Of a stretch of 25,078 bases of DNA, positions 7,131-17,214 are shown one piece after another. The stretch's first letter is position 1. The number at the start of each line of letters is the position of its first letter. Source of the DNA: a virus. Its lineage: Duplodnaviria > Caudoviricetes. The notes below the pieces were generated by a model. It was not told the DNA's origin, searched no databases, and saw nothing but the letters and a program-made list of their open reading frames with translations. The DNA lies in IMG/VR virus record IMGVR_UViG_3300025084_000205, positions 1-25,078 of that record; one strand, given 5' to 3'. The translations under genes were made by a program, and so were the position numbers.

Positions 7131-7428
7131 TTTGATCAACGAATACTGGACACAACCTCAAAAACCTGAAACTGAGGAGGAGACTATTGATGTTGATTGG
7201 ACTGCTGAGTATAGCAGACAGAGAAAGGATCGTATGCACGATGCCATTGAAGATTATCTAAATGATGATAGAGTTGATGCACGAAGAGCATACGAAGAGA
7301 TGCTATCTTGTATAGATAACACAATTCAATATCACAAATCAAGTCAGGAAAAAGCAGTTGAACTCAAAGAACTCATGCTCGGACACAGACCAATGCAATC
7401 TCTCCATTCCTTCTCACTTGGAGACTGA
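7123..7428 (+). CDS. hypothetical protein, helical and acidic
   Basis: 101 aa ORF with an 8 nt overlap with the upstream gene. Confidence 0.72.
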   Translation: MNDLINEYWTQPQKPETEEETIDVDWTAEYSRQRKDRMHDAIEDYLNDDRVDARRAYEEMLSCIDNTIQYHKSSQEKAVELKELMLGHRPMQSLHSFSLGD

Positions 7429-7522
7429 ATGGGAATCATACACTGATGTGTGTGCATCTTTTGGTATAGAACCTAATAAACGCAGATTTTTGAGATACAA
7501 CGAATTGTATCCGTATAAATAA
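7358..7522 (+). CDS. possible 54 aa protein (TTG start), not in the ORF track
   Basis: Open frame (M)NSKNSCSDTDQCNLSIPSHLETEWESYTDVCASFGIEPNKRRFLRYNELYPYK* fills the gap up to the late promoter. Start uncertain. Confidence 0.45.
   Translation: MNSKNSCSDTDQCNLSIPSHLETEWESYTDVCASFGIEPNKRRFLRYNELYPYK
7514..7521 (+). promoter_or_regulatory. T4-type late promoter TATAAATA
   Basis: Perfect consensus ending 27 nt upstream of the first gene of the structural block. Confidence 0.85.
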
Positions 7523-7548
7523 CCTTGTAGCAAATCGTGTGATTATTC

Positions 7549-8874
7549 GTGGGAACCAGAAAAATTTCTCAGTTGGATACAATCTCAGATGCAAATGTAT
7601 CGGGAGAAGCAATTCTGCCTATTGTAGTATCTGACCCTTTGATTCCCAACCGAAAAGCAACCGTTAAACAACTTTTTAGAGGAGTGTCGCAAGGCACAAA
7701 AGCAGCACCTGGTCTATGTTTTGACTTAGACCGAGATACTGGATTATACCAAGATGCGTATGACCAAATTGGTCTAGGTTTTGGTGATGGTGGATTCTAT
7801 ATGTCTAGAATTGACAATGGTGGTGGTAGTACATCTCTTTATATTACCGCAACTGATGAGAGTGCTAGTAATACAAATATCGTATTAGCACCGAAAGGAA
7901 CTGGCGCTGTTCAAGTAACAGGTCAGTTTTTGATTGATGATCAATCTTTTGTTCTTTCTGATTCTCAAGGTCCTAGGGCACGATTTGAAGTTAGTAATGT
8001 AGGTACTGGTACTAATACCAGGGTATTTACATTCCCTGCTATCACTTCTGGAAATGGAACAACTATTGTTGGTGATGATACTGATCAAACTTTAAGAAAC
8101 AAATCTATTGTTATTGATGAAGATAACTTAAGTATCGTTGATGGTGATGATGTTGCAAAGTTTCAGTTATCATACTCAGAGTCTATCGGTCAGACTCGTA
8201 GATACTTTCTACCAGATGCTGGCATTAGTTCTGTTACGGTTGCAAACCCTCAAGGTTTAGATTCCACACTTCTTGATACTAAAACTACACAGGTTTCATT
8301 TAACAAAACATTTGTTGATGTTAAATTTGTTCCTGATGATGCGGTAGACACAAAATATGCACAGATTAATACGTCGGCATTAACTGAAAATAGAACCATT
8401 ACTCTTCCTGACCAGAGTTTGACTCTCGTAGGAACAGTCGCGAACCAAATTATTAAAAACAAGAACTACGAAGTTCTTGTTCTCCAAGATCCAGCGGATA
8501 ATACTAAGAAGATTACATTTCAAGTTAGTAATCAAACTACTCTTACTAATTCTACTGTAGTCTTTCCACCAACAAATACTCTAAATAGTGGAAGTGATCC
8601 TAATGTTCTGGTTACGGAACTTGCAAGTCAAGACCTTTCAAACAAAACTTTATTCACCCCCGTTATAAAAAATAGCGGTAATACTGACGGTCAAGTATCA
8701 TTTACTACCGACAATATTACTGGTCCTAGAGTAATTAGATTCCCTGACTCTAATGCAACTCTGTTATCTACCGATAACGTAACACTTGAGGATGTTAACT
8801 TTGGTGCTGGTATTGGCGCAAATAACCTCACAGGACAAACAAGACAACAACAATTCTTCTACTCTGGATTCTAA
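7549..8874 (+). CDS. virion structural protein, tail/fibre-associated, with internal repeats
   Basis: GTG start; N-terminal RKISQL; T/S/D/N-rich. About 5 repeats of R-x-(I/F)-x-(F/L)P...T(L/I)(V/L)...Q-x-x-x-NK. Behind a late promoter. Confidence 0.7.
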   Translation: MGTRKISQLDTISDANVSGEAILPIVVSDPLIPNRKATVKQLFRGVSQGTKAAPGLCFDLDRDTGLYQDAYDQIGLGFGDGGFYMSRIDNGGGSTSLYITATDESASNTNIVLAPKGTGAVQVTGQFLIDDQSFVLSDSQGPRARFEVSNVGTGTNTRVFTFPAITSGNGTTIVGDDTDQTLRNKSIVIDEDNLSIVDGDDVAKFQLSYSESIGQTRRYFLPDAGISSVTVANPQGLDSTLLDTKTTQVSFNKTFVDVKFVPDDAVDTKYAQINTSALTENRTITLPDQSLTLVGTVANQIIKNKNYEVLVLQDPADNTKKITFQVSNQTTLTNSTVVFPPTNTLNSGSDPNVLVTELASQDLSNKTLFTPVIKNSGNTDGQVSFTTDNITGPRVIRFPDSNATLLSTDNVTLEDVNFGAGIGANNLTGQTRQQQFFYSGF

Positions 8875-8879
8875 TAACA

Positions 8880-10367
8880 ATGGCAAAACAAGGACTTCTT
8901 GGACAAGTAAAACCAGCAGCGGGAACTAATACTGTATTATATTCTGCACCTGTTGCTTCTTCGGCAAGTACGGTATTGAGTGTTGCTGCTCAAGGTTCTG
9001 CTGATTCATACGACATTGCTATTAAAGATCACGATCAGAATCTTACTCTTGATGCAAGCACTTATAAGTTGCATAAGGGTGATGTTATTACTGGATATCG
9101 TTTTAACCTAGCAACAAATATTCCAGTGACCTCTGCGTTACAACCAGGTGATGCTATTTCATCTGAGGATGGTGAGAAGAATGCGATTTTTGAATCTTAT
9201 TATCTCGAACCTTTTACTACAATCAATGTAAAAGAAATTGCTATCCGCTCACTCACACTCACTAGTGTTGTAGGAACATTTTCTGTTGGTGAAACTATCA
9301 GTAAAGGTACTAGTCCTAATGATACAGTAGCAACTATTTTTGGTGTGCAGCAAGGTTCTGGATCTACGATTCTTTATGTTGGACCTTCTACACTGAATGG
9401 AACTGGTACTGAATTTACTGATGCCGATGCATTAACTGCATCTGGTGGTGGTACAGCAGCAGTTGAAACAGGTGGTGTTGGTACTGGTGTTGATGAGTAT
9501 ATTTTCTCTACTGATGCTGGCGTTACATATGATTTGTTCTTAGGTACAGATCTTACTGTATTTTCTGACAGAGTGTATCGCTTTGATACTTCTGATTCCA
9601 GTATGAGTGGTACAGATTTCAAACTTTCTATTACTGTTAATGGTGAGTGGGGTCCTGATAATACTGCTGGAACTGGTGATGATGGTACAGAGTTTACGAC
9701 TGGAAAAACTACAAATGGTACTGCTGGTTCTGGTGGTGCATATATTCAGTATGATTTCTCACAAGCAACTTTAGCGGGTAATCTATATTTTTATGATGGT
9801 GATACTGGAACCGCAGCAAAGTCTGCTTATGGTGGTAGTGACAGACTCTTAATTGTTAGTACCGACTTTGCATATAGTGCTGTATATGTTTATGACATTG
9901 AAGGCACATGGGCAAATACTGTTGATAGTTTCTTGGCAAACGGTGTTTCTTACACAGTCCAATCACAGACTGCTGGTGCTTATGGTTATGTACGAGATTT
10001 TACAGGTACTGCTTGTAAGGTTCTTAAGGGTCTTAACTCGGCAGACTTCACAACTTCCGATTCATTCCAAGATTCACCTTTGTTGAATACTACTTCTCGT
10101 AGTGCTGTTACTATTAGTTCTATTGCATTAGCAACAACGGCAGTAAGTGCTGAAATGTTCCTTAAAAAAGACAATGCAATTGCTTCGGATGTAACTGAAG
10201 AAACTAAGTCATTAGTTCTTGGTCCAGGTGAACGACTTCTTGTTGAAAGTAATGGTGGACACTGCTCTTTCAATATTATTGGATTTGAAGATGCATCCAC
10301 TGCATTCCCTACAAGGAACTTTGGTACAGGTGCTGCTGCTGATGTTGTCAGTGGCGGTGGTAGTTAA
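8880..10367 (+). CDS. virion structural protein, G/T/S-rich beta protein
   Basis: 495 aa with fibre-like composition, located in the late operon. Confidence 0.68.
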   Translation: MAKQGLLGQVKPAAGTNTVLYSAPVASSASTVLSVAAQGSADSYDIAIKDHDQNLTLDASTYKLHKGDVITGYRFNLATNIPVTSALQPGDAISSEDGEKNAIFESYYLEPFTTINVKEIAIRSLTLTSVVGTFSVGETISKGTSPNDTVATIFGVQQGSGSTILYVGPSTLNGTGTEFTDADALTASGGGTAAVETGGVGTGVDEYIFSTDAGVTYDLFLGTDLTVFSDRVYRFDTSDSSMSGTDFKLSITVNGEWGPDNTAGTGDDGTEFTTGKTTNGTAGSGGAYIQYDFSQATLAGNLYFYDGDTGTAAKSAYGGSDRLLIVSTDFAYSAVYVYDIEGTWANTVDSFLANGVSYTVQSQTAGAYGYVRDFTGTACKVLKGLNSADFTTSDSFQDSPLLNTTSRSAVTISSIALATTAVSAEMFLKKDNAIASDVTEETKSLVLGPGERLLVESNGGHCSFNIIGFEDASTAFPTRNFGTGAAADVVSGGGS

Positions 10368-10378
10368 AAATAACCTCT

Positions 10379-10386
10379 AATAAATA
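10379..10386 (+). promoter_or_regulatory. late promoter-like motif AATAAATA
   Basis: Intergenic, ending 20 nt before ATG 10407. Confidence 0.65.
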
Positions 10387-10406
10387 CTAATAAAGAAGAG
10401 TAAGAA

Positions 10407-13400
10407 ATGTCTCTAACTAGACTTAAGAATATTATTACTTCGAGGACGGGGCGTATCATTTACGTCAATCCCGATGATTTTGATGCTTCTGATGCTATCG
10501 ATAACAGGGGTAACTCTGCATTGAGACCCTTTAAGTCTATTCAGAGAGCATTTCTAGAGGTTGCTAGATTTTCGTATCGAGTAGGTCTGTCAAACGATGA
10601 ATTTGACGCCTTCTCGATTATGCTGTATCCAGCAGAATATATCATTGACAATCGTCCAGGTGAAGTATTATATACGAATGTTCCTCCTATTGATGAGAAC
10701 TCCAACCTTGACTTAACATCACCAAACAATGTACTGTATAAGTACAACTCTGTTGAAGGTGGAGTTATCGTTCCTAGAGGTTGTTCTCTCGTAGGTACTG
10801 ACCTTCGTCGTACAAAAATTATTCCCAAGTATATTCCATATCCTACAGTGTATGCTGCAAAGGGTATTAACACAGAAGATCAAATACCTTCTAGAACAGC
10901 AATCTTTAAGGTAACTGGTGGTACTTACTTCTGGCAATTCTCCTTCTTCGATGGTGCTGAAGAGGGTGTATATTTCAAACCCGATAGTACAGAAACACTT
11001 TCTCCAAAGTTCTCTCACCATAGAATCACCTGCTTCGAGTTTGCAGATGGTCTGAATAATCTATCTACATTGATTACTGGTGGTACAGTTCCTAACGCAG
11101 ATTATACTGCCGTACCTAATATTCTTGAGAGAACTGACTTAGATATCTATTATCAGAAAGTATCGAAAGCATTTGCTACTATTCCTGATACATCTGGAGA
11201 TCCTGCTAATGATCAAATTCAGGCAAGGGTAGAAGAAAATCGTATCGTTGGTCCTATTTCTGATGAATATAGAGTCCTTCAGATTACAAGAAACGGTCAG
11301 ACAGCAACAGCAGTAACAGTTGATGAGTTTGATAACCCTAGAGATCATGGATTCTCTGTTGGTGTTAACATTAATGTTAGTGGTGTTACTGGATCAACAG
11401 GACCATCATCAGAGGTTGATGCTTCAGCATTCAATGGTTCTTTCATTGTTACGTCAACACCAACAGGTAGTACATTCACATATCAGTTATCATCAGTACC
11501 AACAGGAAATGCTGTAGGTTCTAACATCACTGTTAAGACTGAGATTGATACTGTTGACTCTGCATCACCATATGCGTTTAACTTGTCACTGAGAAGTGTC
11601 TGGGGCATGAATGGTATGCACGCTGATGGTAGTAAGGCAACTGGTTTCAAATCAATGGTTGTTGCTCAGTTCACAGGTTTGAGTCTTCAAAAAGATGATA
11701 GAGCGTTTGTAAGATATAATGCTTCTACTGGTAATTATGATGCAGCAGTTGCTGGTGATGGTGCTCACTTAGATGGTTTTGCTGAGTATCGTAAGGGTTG
11801 GGCACACGAGCATATTAAGTGTAGTAATGATTCCTTTATTCAGGCAGTTTCGGTGTTTGCTGTTGGATATGGCACACACTTTACAGCACTTAGTGGTGCT
11901 GACATGTCGATTACTAACTCTAACAGTAACTTCGGAAACACCGCTTTAAGATCTGCTGGATTCAAAGCAAAAGCATTCTCTAAAGATAAAGCAGGAGCAG
12001 TCACACATATCATTCCTCCTAAGGCACTGAATGTTATCTCAACATCTGCTACGGGTGCATCTGGTGCTTCTACCATTACACTTACAAATGACGGTAGTGT
12101 AAACGGTCTTATTCAAGGTATGACCGTAAATGGAAGTAATATTGCAGCAGGTACAACTGTTGTTTCTTTCAATGTAAATACCAGAGTCGTAACTTTATCT
12201 GCAACTAATACAGGTACAGTTAATAACAATATCATCTTTGGTGAAGAAACTTCAGTTAACTGGGTAAACGTTGATATTCAGCGTACAAAGGTCGTCAATG
12301 CTGCTCTTGCAGGTTCTGGTGGAACTCCTGGTAGTAGATTATATCTTTATGGTTACACGACAGAAGCATCACCACCAACAACAAAAGTACAGGGTTATGC
12401 TGTAGGTGCTCGCCAAGATGGCACGGGTGTCAATGCAGTCCCTGATAAATTAAATATACTTTTGGTTGCTAATGGGGCAACTAGTGCTACTGTTCAGTCA
12501 GCAAAAATTTCTCCATATGGTCCTGCTGTTTCTAGTATTGCTGCTGGCGTAGCAGGTTCACCTATTCAGTATGATAGTTCTACATACACAATTAATGGTG
12601 TTGCTGGATCTGTTGGTGGATGGTATTTGAATGTTGATGCAACTGATAATGAAATCTATACAACATTATCTACAAATACACAGTACAACAATGTTAACTT
12701 TACTCCTAGTGCATTCTTAAAGAGGATTCCTGACCCTCGTGATTTACAAGATAGAACATATCGTGTTCGTCTGGTAATTGATAAGGATAAGACTAATCCT
12801 CTTCCCCGTGATCCCCTTAGCGGTTATGTTATGCAACCGCTGAATAGTGATACAACAAACTACAACCTCCAGAGAGCATTTTATATCTATGATATCGAGG
12901 TTGTCCAAGCATTTGAACGAGGCGTTTCTGATGGAATCTTCTACCTTACCCTGCTTTGTGCATCTATTTCACCTTCAACTTCTAACTTTAACGACAGAAA
13001 GTTCTCTCAAAACGTCAACGAAGTCTATCCTACGTTTGACAGAGACAACCCTCTTGCTGACCCTGATGCTGCGATATCCGTTGCTGACAATGAAACTATA
13101 GGTCTAGTAAACTCTACTGATGGTGCATCACCGACACCTAATCTCGATCCTAAGCGTTCTATTACAAAAGAAGGTGTTGAGTTCTTATTGACTGATACTG
13201 GTTGGACACAACCAGGAACAACACCTAACTACGATAGTGTTAACAAGCGTCTCAGCAATGTAGATCTTACTGCTCGTGCTGGTGATGAAGAGACTAGGAA
13301 AATTAACATCAGACAGAATAATGATGGTACTGTTGCTCCTATTGCTGTTGAGTTTAGACGCCACTCGATTATGAGATCTGGTAACCATACTTTTGAGTAT

Positions 13401-14372
13401 CTTGGTTTCGGTCCTGGTAACTATTCAACTGCATTCCCTCAGACTCAAGTAGAGACGCTATCTGCTGATCAGATTAAGTTCTCTCAGTCTATTAAAGAGG
13501 AAGCAGGTGTTGCATTCTACTCAGGTCTTAACTCTAATGGTGACCTATTCATTGGTAACCAGGTTATCAACCCTGTTACGGGTCAGATTACTAACGAAGA
13601 TATTGCACAACTGAATGTTATTGGTGAAGAGAATACAACGATTGAAACATTCTCTGAGTTGGTGCTGACTGATAAACTGACCGTTATTGGTGGTGCATCT
13701 AACCAGTTAGAATCAATCTTTGCTGGTCCTGTTACATTCCAAGGACTTACAACATTCACAAATAATATTCAAGCGAAGAAGATTTCTTATTACAACCAAG
13801 ATGGTACTGTAATTAAGCAGACTCTTCTTGCACCTGAAGATGCTAATGGTCAACCTAGTTTTGCCAATATCACGGGTTATACTACACCTGCTGATGGTGA
13901 TCTTGTTTATAATATCAACTGGACTCCTGGTAAATCTTTAGGTTGGATCTACTATGCTGGTGTTTGGAAAGAATTTGGTCTCACAGATACTGGAGATATC
14001 GATATTGCTACATTTAGTAATGAGCAGCATATTGGTATTGGTACTGCTGCTGTTGCTGGATTTAGAGTTGGTGTTTTAGGTAATGCTAAAGTTGATGGTG
14101 ACTTAGTTGTTACTGGTAGAGGTGGTGTTGGTGCTGATAAGTATATTACCAAAACATATACTGGAGACGGTACAACTCTTACATTTGCAGTCACTACTTA
14201 TGGCGGTGGTATTCAGCACTCTGATGATTCTCTATTAGTATCATTAAATGGTGTTGTACAGATTGCAGGTACAAACTACACTGTTGATTCTAACGGTGCT
14301 AATGTTGTGTTCAGTGCTGGTGATGCCCCATTATCTACTGATACTATTCACATTTTAGAACTGCCTATCTAA
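10407..14372 (+). CDS. large tail fibre/tailspike-like structural protein (1321 aa)
   Basis: N-terminal IYV..D......G.S..RPF.SIQRA and SLVG.DLRRT.I.P motifs typical of beta-helix-containing cyanophage fibres. C-terminal GIGT segment and YTGDGTT..F...LVSLNGVVQ...YTV fibre repeat. Confidence 0.78.
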   Translation: MSLTRLKNIITSRTGRIIYVNPDDFDASDAIDNRGNSALRPFKSIQRAFLEVARFSYRVGLSNDEFDAFSIMLYPAEYIIDNRPGEVLYTNVPPIDENSNLDLTSPNNVLYKYNSVEGGVIVPRGCSLVGTDLRRTKIIPKYIPYPTVYAAKGINTEDQIPSRTAIFKVTGGTYFWQFSFFDGAEEGVYFKPDSTETLSPKFSHHRITCFEFADGLNNLSTLITGGTVPNADYTAVPNILERTDLDIYYQKVSKAFATIPDTSGDPANDQIQARVEENRIVGPISDEYRVLQITRNGQTATAVTVDEFDNPRDHGFSVGVNINVSGVTGSTGPSSEVDASAFNGSFIVTSTPTGSTFTYQLSSVPTGNAVGSNITVKTEIDTVDSASPYAFNLSLRSVWGMNGMHADGSKATGFKSMVVAQFTGLSLQKDDRAFVRYNASTGNYDAAVAGDGAHLDGFAEYRKGWAHEHIKCSNDSFIQAVSVFAVGYGTHFTALSGADMSITNSNSNFGNTALRSAGFKAKAFSKDKAGAVTHIIPPKALNVISTSATGASGASTITLTNDGSVNGLIQGMTVNGSNIAAGTTVVSFNVNTRVVTLSATNTGTVNNNIIFGEETSVNWVNVDIQRTKVVNAALAGSGGTPGSRLYLYGYTTEASPPTTKVQGYAVGARQDGTGVNAVPDKLNILLVANGATSATVQSAKISPYGPAVSSIAAGVAGSPIQYDSSTYTINGVAGSVGGWYLNVDATDNEIYTTLSTNTQYNNVNFTPSAFLKRIPDPRDLQDRTYRVRLVIDKDKTNPLPRDPLSGYVMQPLNSDTTNYNLQRAFYIYDIEVVQAFERGVSDGIFYLTLLCASISPSTSNFNDRKFSQNVNEVYPTFDRDNPLADPDAAISVADNETIGLVNSTDGASPTPNLDPKRSITKEGVEFLLTDTGWTQPGTTPNYDSVNKRLSNVDLTARAGDEETRKINIRQNNDGTVAPIAVEFRRHSIMRSGNHTFEYLGFGPGNYSTAFPQTQVETLSADQIKFSQSIKEEAGVAFYSGLNSNGDLFIGNQVINPVTGQITNEDIAQLNVIGEENTTIETFSELVLTDKLTVIGGASNQLESIFAGPVTFQGLTTFTNNIQAKKISYYNQDGTVIKQTLLAPEDANGQPSFANITGYTTPADGDLVYNINWTPGKSLGWIYYAGVWKEFGLTDTGDIDIATFSNEQHIGIGTAAVAGFRVGVLGNAKVDGDLVVTGRGGVGADKYITKTYTGDGTTLTFAVTTYGGGIQHSDDSLLVSLNGVVQIAGTNYTVDSNGANVVFSAGDAPLSTDTIHILELPI

Positions 14373-14375
14373 ATA
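14368..14375 (+). promoter_or_regulatory. late promoter-like motif TCTAAATA
   Basis: Overlaps the stop codon; followed by AAGGAG and ATG 14399. Confidence 0.5.
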
Positions 14376-14398
14376 ACTAAGGAGAAACTAGCACTGCC

Positions 14399-14815
14399 AT
14401 GGCACTTTCAAAAATTAGTGGGAATCAGATTTCCACAACAACTCAAGCAATTATCAGTACGCTATCGTTTATTAACACTGATAGCGTCTTTAGATTGCCT
14501 GCGGGAACAACTGCACAACAACCAACAGGTGTTTCTGTTGGTACTTTACGATTCAATACTGATTTAGATTCAGCAGAGATTTATAAAGCAGATGCTGGCA
14601 CTGGCAGCGCAGGATGGGCACCTGTTGCAGGTGGTGGTCCTTCATTAGGTGAAAATAGTATTGTTAGAACTAATGCCAATACAATTTCAGAAAACTTAAC
14701 TGTTGGTCCTACAGCAGGTGGTGAGTTTGCAAATGGAATGTCGGCAGGTCCAATTACTATTGCAAGTGGATTTACGGTTACTATTGAAAGCGGTGGAGCA
14801 TGGAGTGTTAGATAA
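14399..14815 (+). CDS. short tail-fibre-associated adaptor-like protein
   Basis: LPAGTTAQQP..GTLRFNT motif; C-terminal GPITIASGFTVTIESGGAWSV. Confidence 0.7.
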   Translation: MALSKISGNQISTTTQAIISTLSFINTDSVFRLPAGTTAQQPTGVSVGTLRFNTDLDSAEIYKADAGTGSAGWAPVAGGGPSLGENSIVRTNANTISENLTVGPTAGGEFANGMSAGPITIASGFTVTIESGGAWSVR

Positions 14816-15075
14816 TGGGAGTATTAAACGTTGGCAGTCTCCAAGGAAATTTTCCAAACTATCGAATTACCTTAAGTAAAGATAGTGAACTAGATATTGC
14901 TAGTCAGTTATTACTGACCAATCAAACATATGTTCCTCTTCCTGCAAATACTACTGATGGATTTGCATCAACTGCTGGTGGACCTAGAGGATATGTTCAA
15001 GGTCAATTGAGATATAATACTACTACTCAAAAACCAGAACTATATGATGGTATTAACTGGATTGAGAAGGATTAG
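14815..15075 (+). CDS. 86 aa fibre-associated protein consisting only of the shared N-terminal module
   Basis: TAATG coupling. LPANTT...GQLRYNTTTQKPELYDGINW, then stop. Confidence 0.68.
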   Translation: MGVLNVGSLQGNFPNYRITLSKDSELDIASQLLLTNQTYVPLPANTTDGFASTAGGPRGYVQGQLRYNTTTQKPELYDGINWIEKD

Positions 15076-15081
15076 TAAATA

Positions 15082-16074
15082 ATGAGTAAATTATCCGTAA
15101 GCGGTTTAAGTGGGATACCTGAGACTCTGAATCAGATAACAATTCCTGCTGGCAATATTTTAGATGTTGAAGGTCATGTATTTAATACAAGTACTAGTGC
15201 ATTTCAGTTACCTGCTGGTACTACTGCACAACGACCTGCTAGTCCATCTGCTGGATATATGAGATGGAATACTTCTGATTTGAAGATTGAGATTTATAAT
15301 GGATCATCCTGGACTCAATACACGGTCCAAGGTGCTGGTGGAACAGTATCTAATTTAGGTCAAAGTTCTGCAACTGCTGCAACTTCTGCTTCTGCTATTC
15401 TTGCTGTAAATCCTGGAGCACCTGATGGTGTTTATTGGATAAATCACGGTAGTGGTGCATATCAAACGTATTGTTTAATGGAAGCAGGAGGATTTATGAT
15501 GGTAGGTAAAATTCCTGAGTCTCCTGACGATACTAGCAATCCTTGGTCATATAGTGGTGCTAGATGGTCACAGCAATCTACTACTAACGAGGCACAATGC
15601 CAGACCACTGGTGGTGGAGATGCCTTAAATAGAGGGTACTACGGTTATACTTTGCAGGAAGGATTTATCCTTGCTATGGGTGACTATCGTAATTGGTTAT
15701 ATCCAAAATCAATTCCTATGACAGGAGTTACTGCTAGAGGTGCCTTTACTGGAGGACAAACTAACATATCTTCAGTTGATAGAGAGAATTTTTTAAGTTG
15801 GATTGGCAACACTGGTATCAGCAGAAATAATTGGGATAATCAACCGCATTGTAATAGAATTGGTTTTAATCGAACTGATTCTAGTAGTACAGGGATGAGA
15901 TTTGGTATCACTATGAACAATGAGAACGAGTGTAACTCTAACGACTCTGCAATTGGGTTTGGATGTTATACAAATAATCAAAGTACTAGTGGTGATAGAA
16001 ACTGTGCTGCTGGCGGATTCCGTTGGAGTGGTACTGTCCGTTATCCAAAAAATGGTTGGATTTTTGTAAAGTAA
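15082..16074 (+). CDS. putative receptor-binding/adhesin protein with fibrinogen-like C-terminal domain
   Basis: Shared LPAGTTAQRP..GYMRWN module, then A.SA..I.....APDGVYWI......TYCLM..GGFMMV (fibrinogen C-terminal-domain-like start), ending WIFVK. Confidence 0.72.
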   Translation: MSKLSVSGLSGIPETLNQITIPAGNILDVEGHVFNTSTSAFQLPAGTTAQRPASPSAGYMRWNTSDLKIEIYNGSSWTQYTVQGAGGTVSNLGQSSATAATSASAILAVNPGAPDGVYWINHGSGAYQTYCLMEAGGFMMVGKIPESPDDTSNPWSYSGARWSQQSTTNEAQCQTTGGGDALNRGYYGYTLQEGFILAMGDYRNWLYPKSIPMTGVTARGAFTGGQTNISSVDRENFLSWIGNTGISRNNWDNQPHCNRIGFNRTDSSSTGMRFGITMNNENECNSNDSAIGFGCYTNNQSTSGDRNCAAGGFRWSGTVRYPKNGWIFVK

Positions 16075-16082
16075 GGAGAACT

Positions 16083-17189
16083 ATGAGTACTATTAGAGTA
16101 GACGAACTTAGAGCATTATCAGATAATGATTTTTCTATTAATGTAAGTCCCAATGATAACTTTGAAATTCAAGGAACTATTGAGTTTGACTCTGGTGCAT
16201 CTTTTTCTGTACCTGTAGGAACAACTGCCGAAAGACCAGCATCACCTGTGGGAGGTATGTTGCGATACAATACTACACTTGGACGTCTTGAGTTTTATGA
16301 TGGAACTGTTTGGCAAAACTTTATTGGTTCTACTTCTGCACCAAACGGATCTAGTGAAGCACTTGCAGTTGCTTCAGTGCAAGGATTATATGATGCTGGG
16401 CAAGTAACAGATGGATTATACTGGATTAACTTTGATGGTACTGCTAGACAGTATTTTGTGCCATTGAACAGTCATCCATACTATATTATGATGGGTAACT
16501 GGGGTGGCGGTGCATCAAGGTTTCTTCAAAATGCTGGTTCTCTAAGTGGTAATCAACTGAATGGTGTTGGTGATAACACTCCTACGGGAAACTGGACAAA
16601 CAATGGTACTTATGGATATTATAGAAATACTGGTGGAAGTGACTTTAAGTACGCTACAATGGATGCCAGGGGTATACAATATCGTTATGTGAAGATGAGA
16701 TTTAATCTCTATAACTATAATTCTAATGATGGTGTTAATGGTAGAAACTTCTTAGGTATCACTTCTGGTGTTGGTGATGGTATGACAATTATGAGAGATA
16801 ATAGTGCTGTAGGTGATGCCCAGCATATCTTTACCTATTATTGTGCTATCTCTAATAATGATGGTAATGGTTGTCCTTCTGCAACTCCAACATTTCCCTC
16901 ACATGTACGGGTAGGAGGTAATCCTGGTGGATTTATGGGTAGTAGATTCAACTGCTTCTCTAGAGAAGGTAGCGGTTATACTTCAGAATATGTTAGAAAC
17001 TTTACTCCAGAGGGTGGAGACAGTGGTGGTGGCACTGTACCTAATGCCTTTACTGGTGATGCTTGGTATGAAGTAGACCTAGGAGTTAACTATCCCCATA
17101 ATATACATTGTGTCATTCATTCCGATCAAGATAGTGGTAATGAGGACACCTATATAAAACGAGGAGTTGTGCTCGTTCGTCCTGCATAA
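16083..17189 (+). CDS. putative receptor-binding/adhesin protein, divergent fibrinogen/lectin-like head
   Basis: ATG 16083 behind AAGGAG preferred to TTG 16023. VPVGTTAERP..GMLRYNT module, DGLYWI, ends VLVRPA. Confidence 0.7.
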   Translation: MSTIRVDELRALSDNDFSINVSPNDNFEIQGTIEFDSGASFSVPVGTTAERPASPVGGMLRYNTTLGRLEFYDGTVWQNFIGSTSAPNGSSEALAVASVQGLYDAGQVTDGLYWINFDGTARQYFVPLNSHPYYIMMGNWGGGASRFLQNAGSLSGNQLNGVGDNTPTGNWTNNGTYGYYRNTGGSDFKYATMDARGIQYRYVKMRFNLYNYNSNDGVNGRNFLGITSGVGDGMTIMRDNSAVGDAQHIFTYYCAISNNDGNGCPSATPTFPSHVRVGGNPGGFMGSRFNCFSREGSGYTSEYVRNFTPEGGDSGGGTVPNAFTGDAWYEVDLGVNYPHNIHCVIHSDQDSGNEDTYIKRGVVLVRPA

Positions 17190-17192
17190 ATA
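17185..17192 (+). promoter_or_regulatory. late promoter-like motif CATAAATA heading the 17215-22341 cassette
   Basis: 7/8 consensus, overlaps the upstream stop codon, ends 22 nt before ATG 17215. Confidence 0.65.
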
Positions 17193-17214
17193 ATACGAAG
17201 GAAACAGAACCGTA

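Noticed and set aside
15074-15081. AGTAAATA as a late promoter
   Set aside because: Only 6/8 match and directly abuts ATG 15082, leaving no room for a transcript start ahead of the gene.
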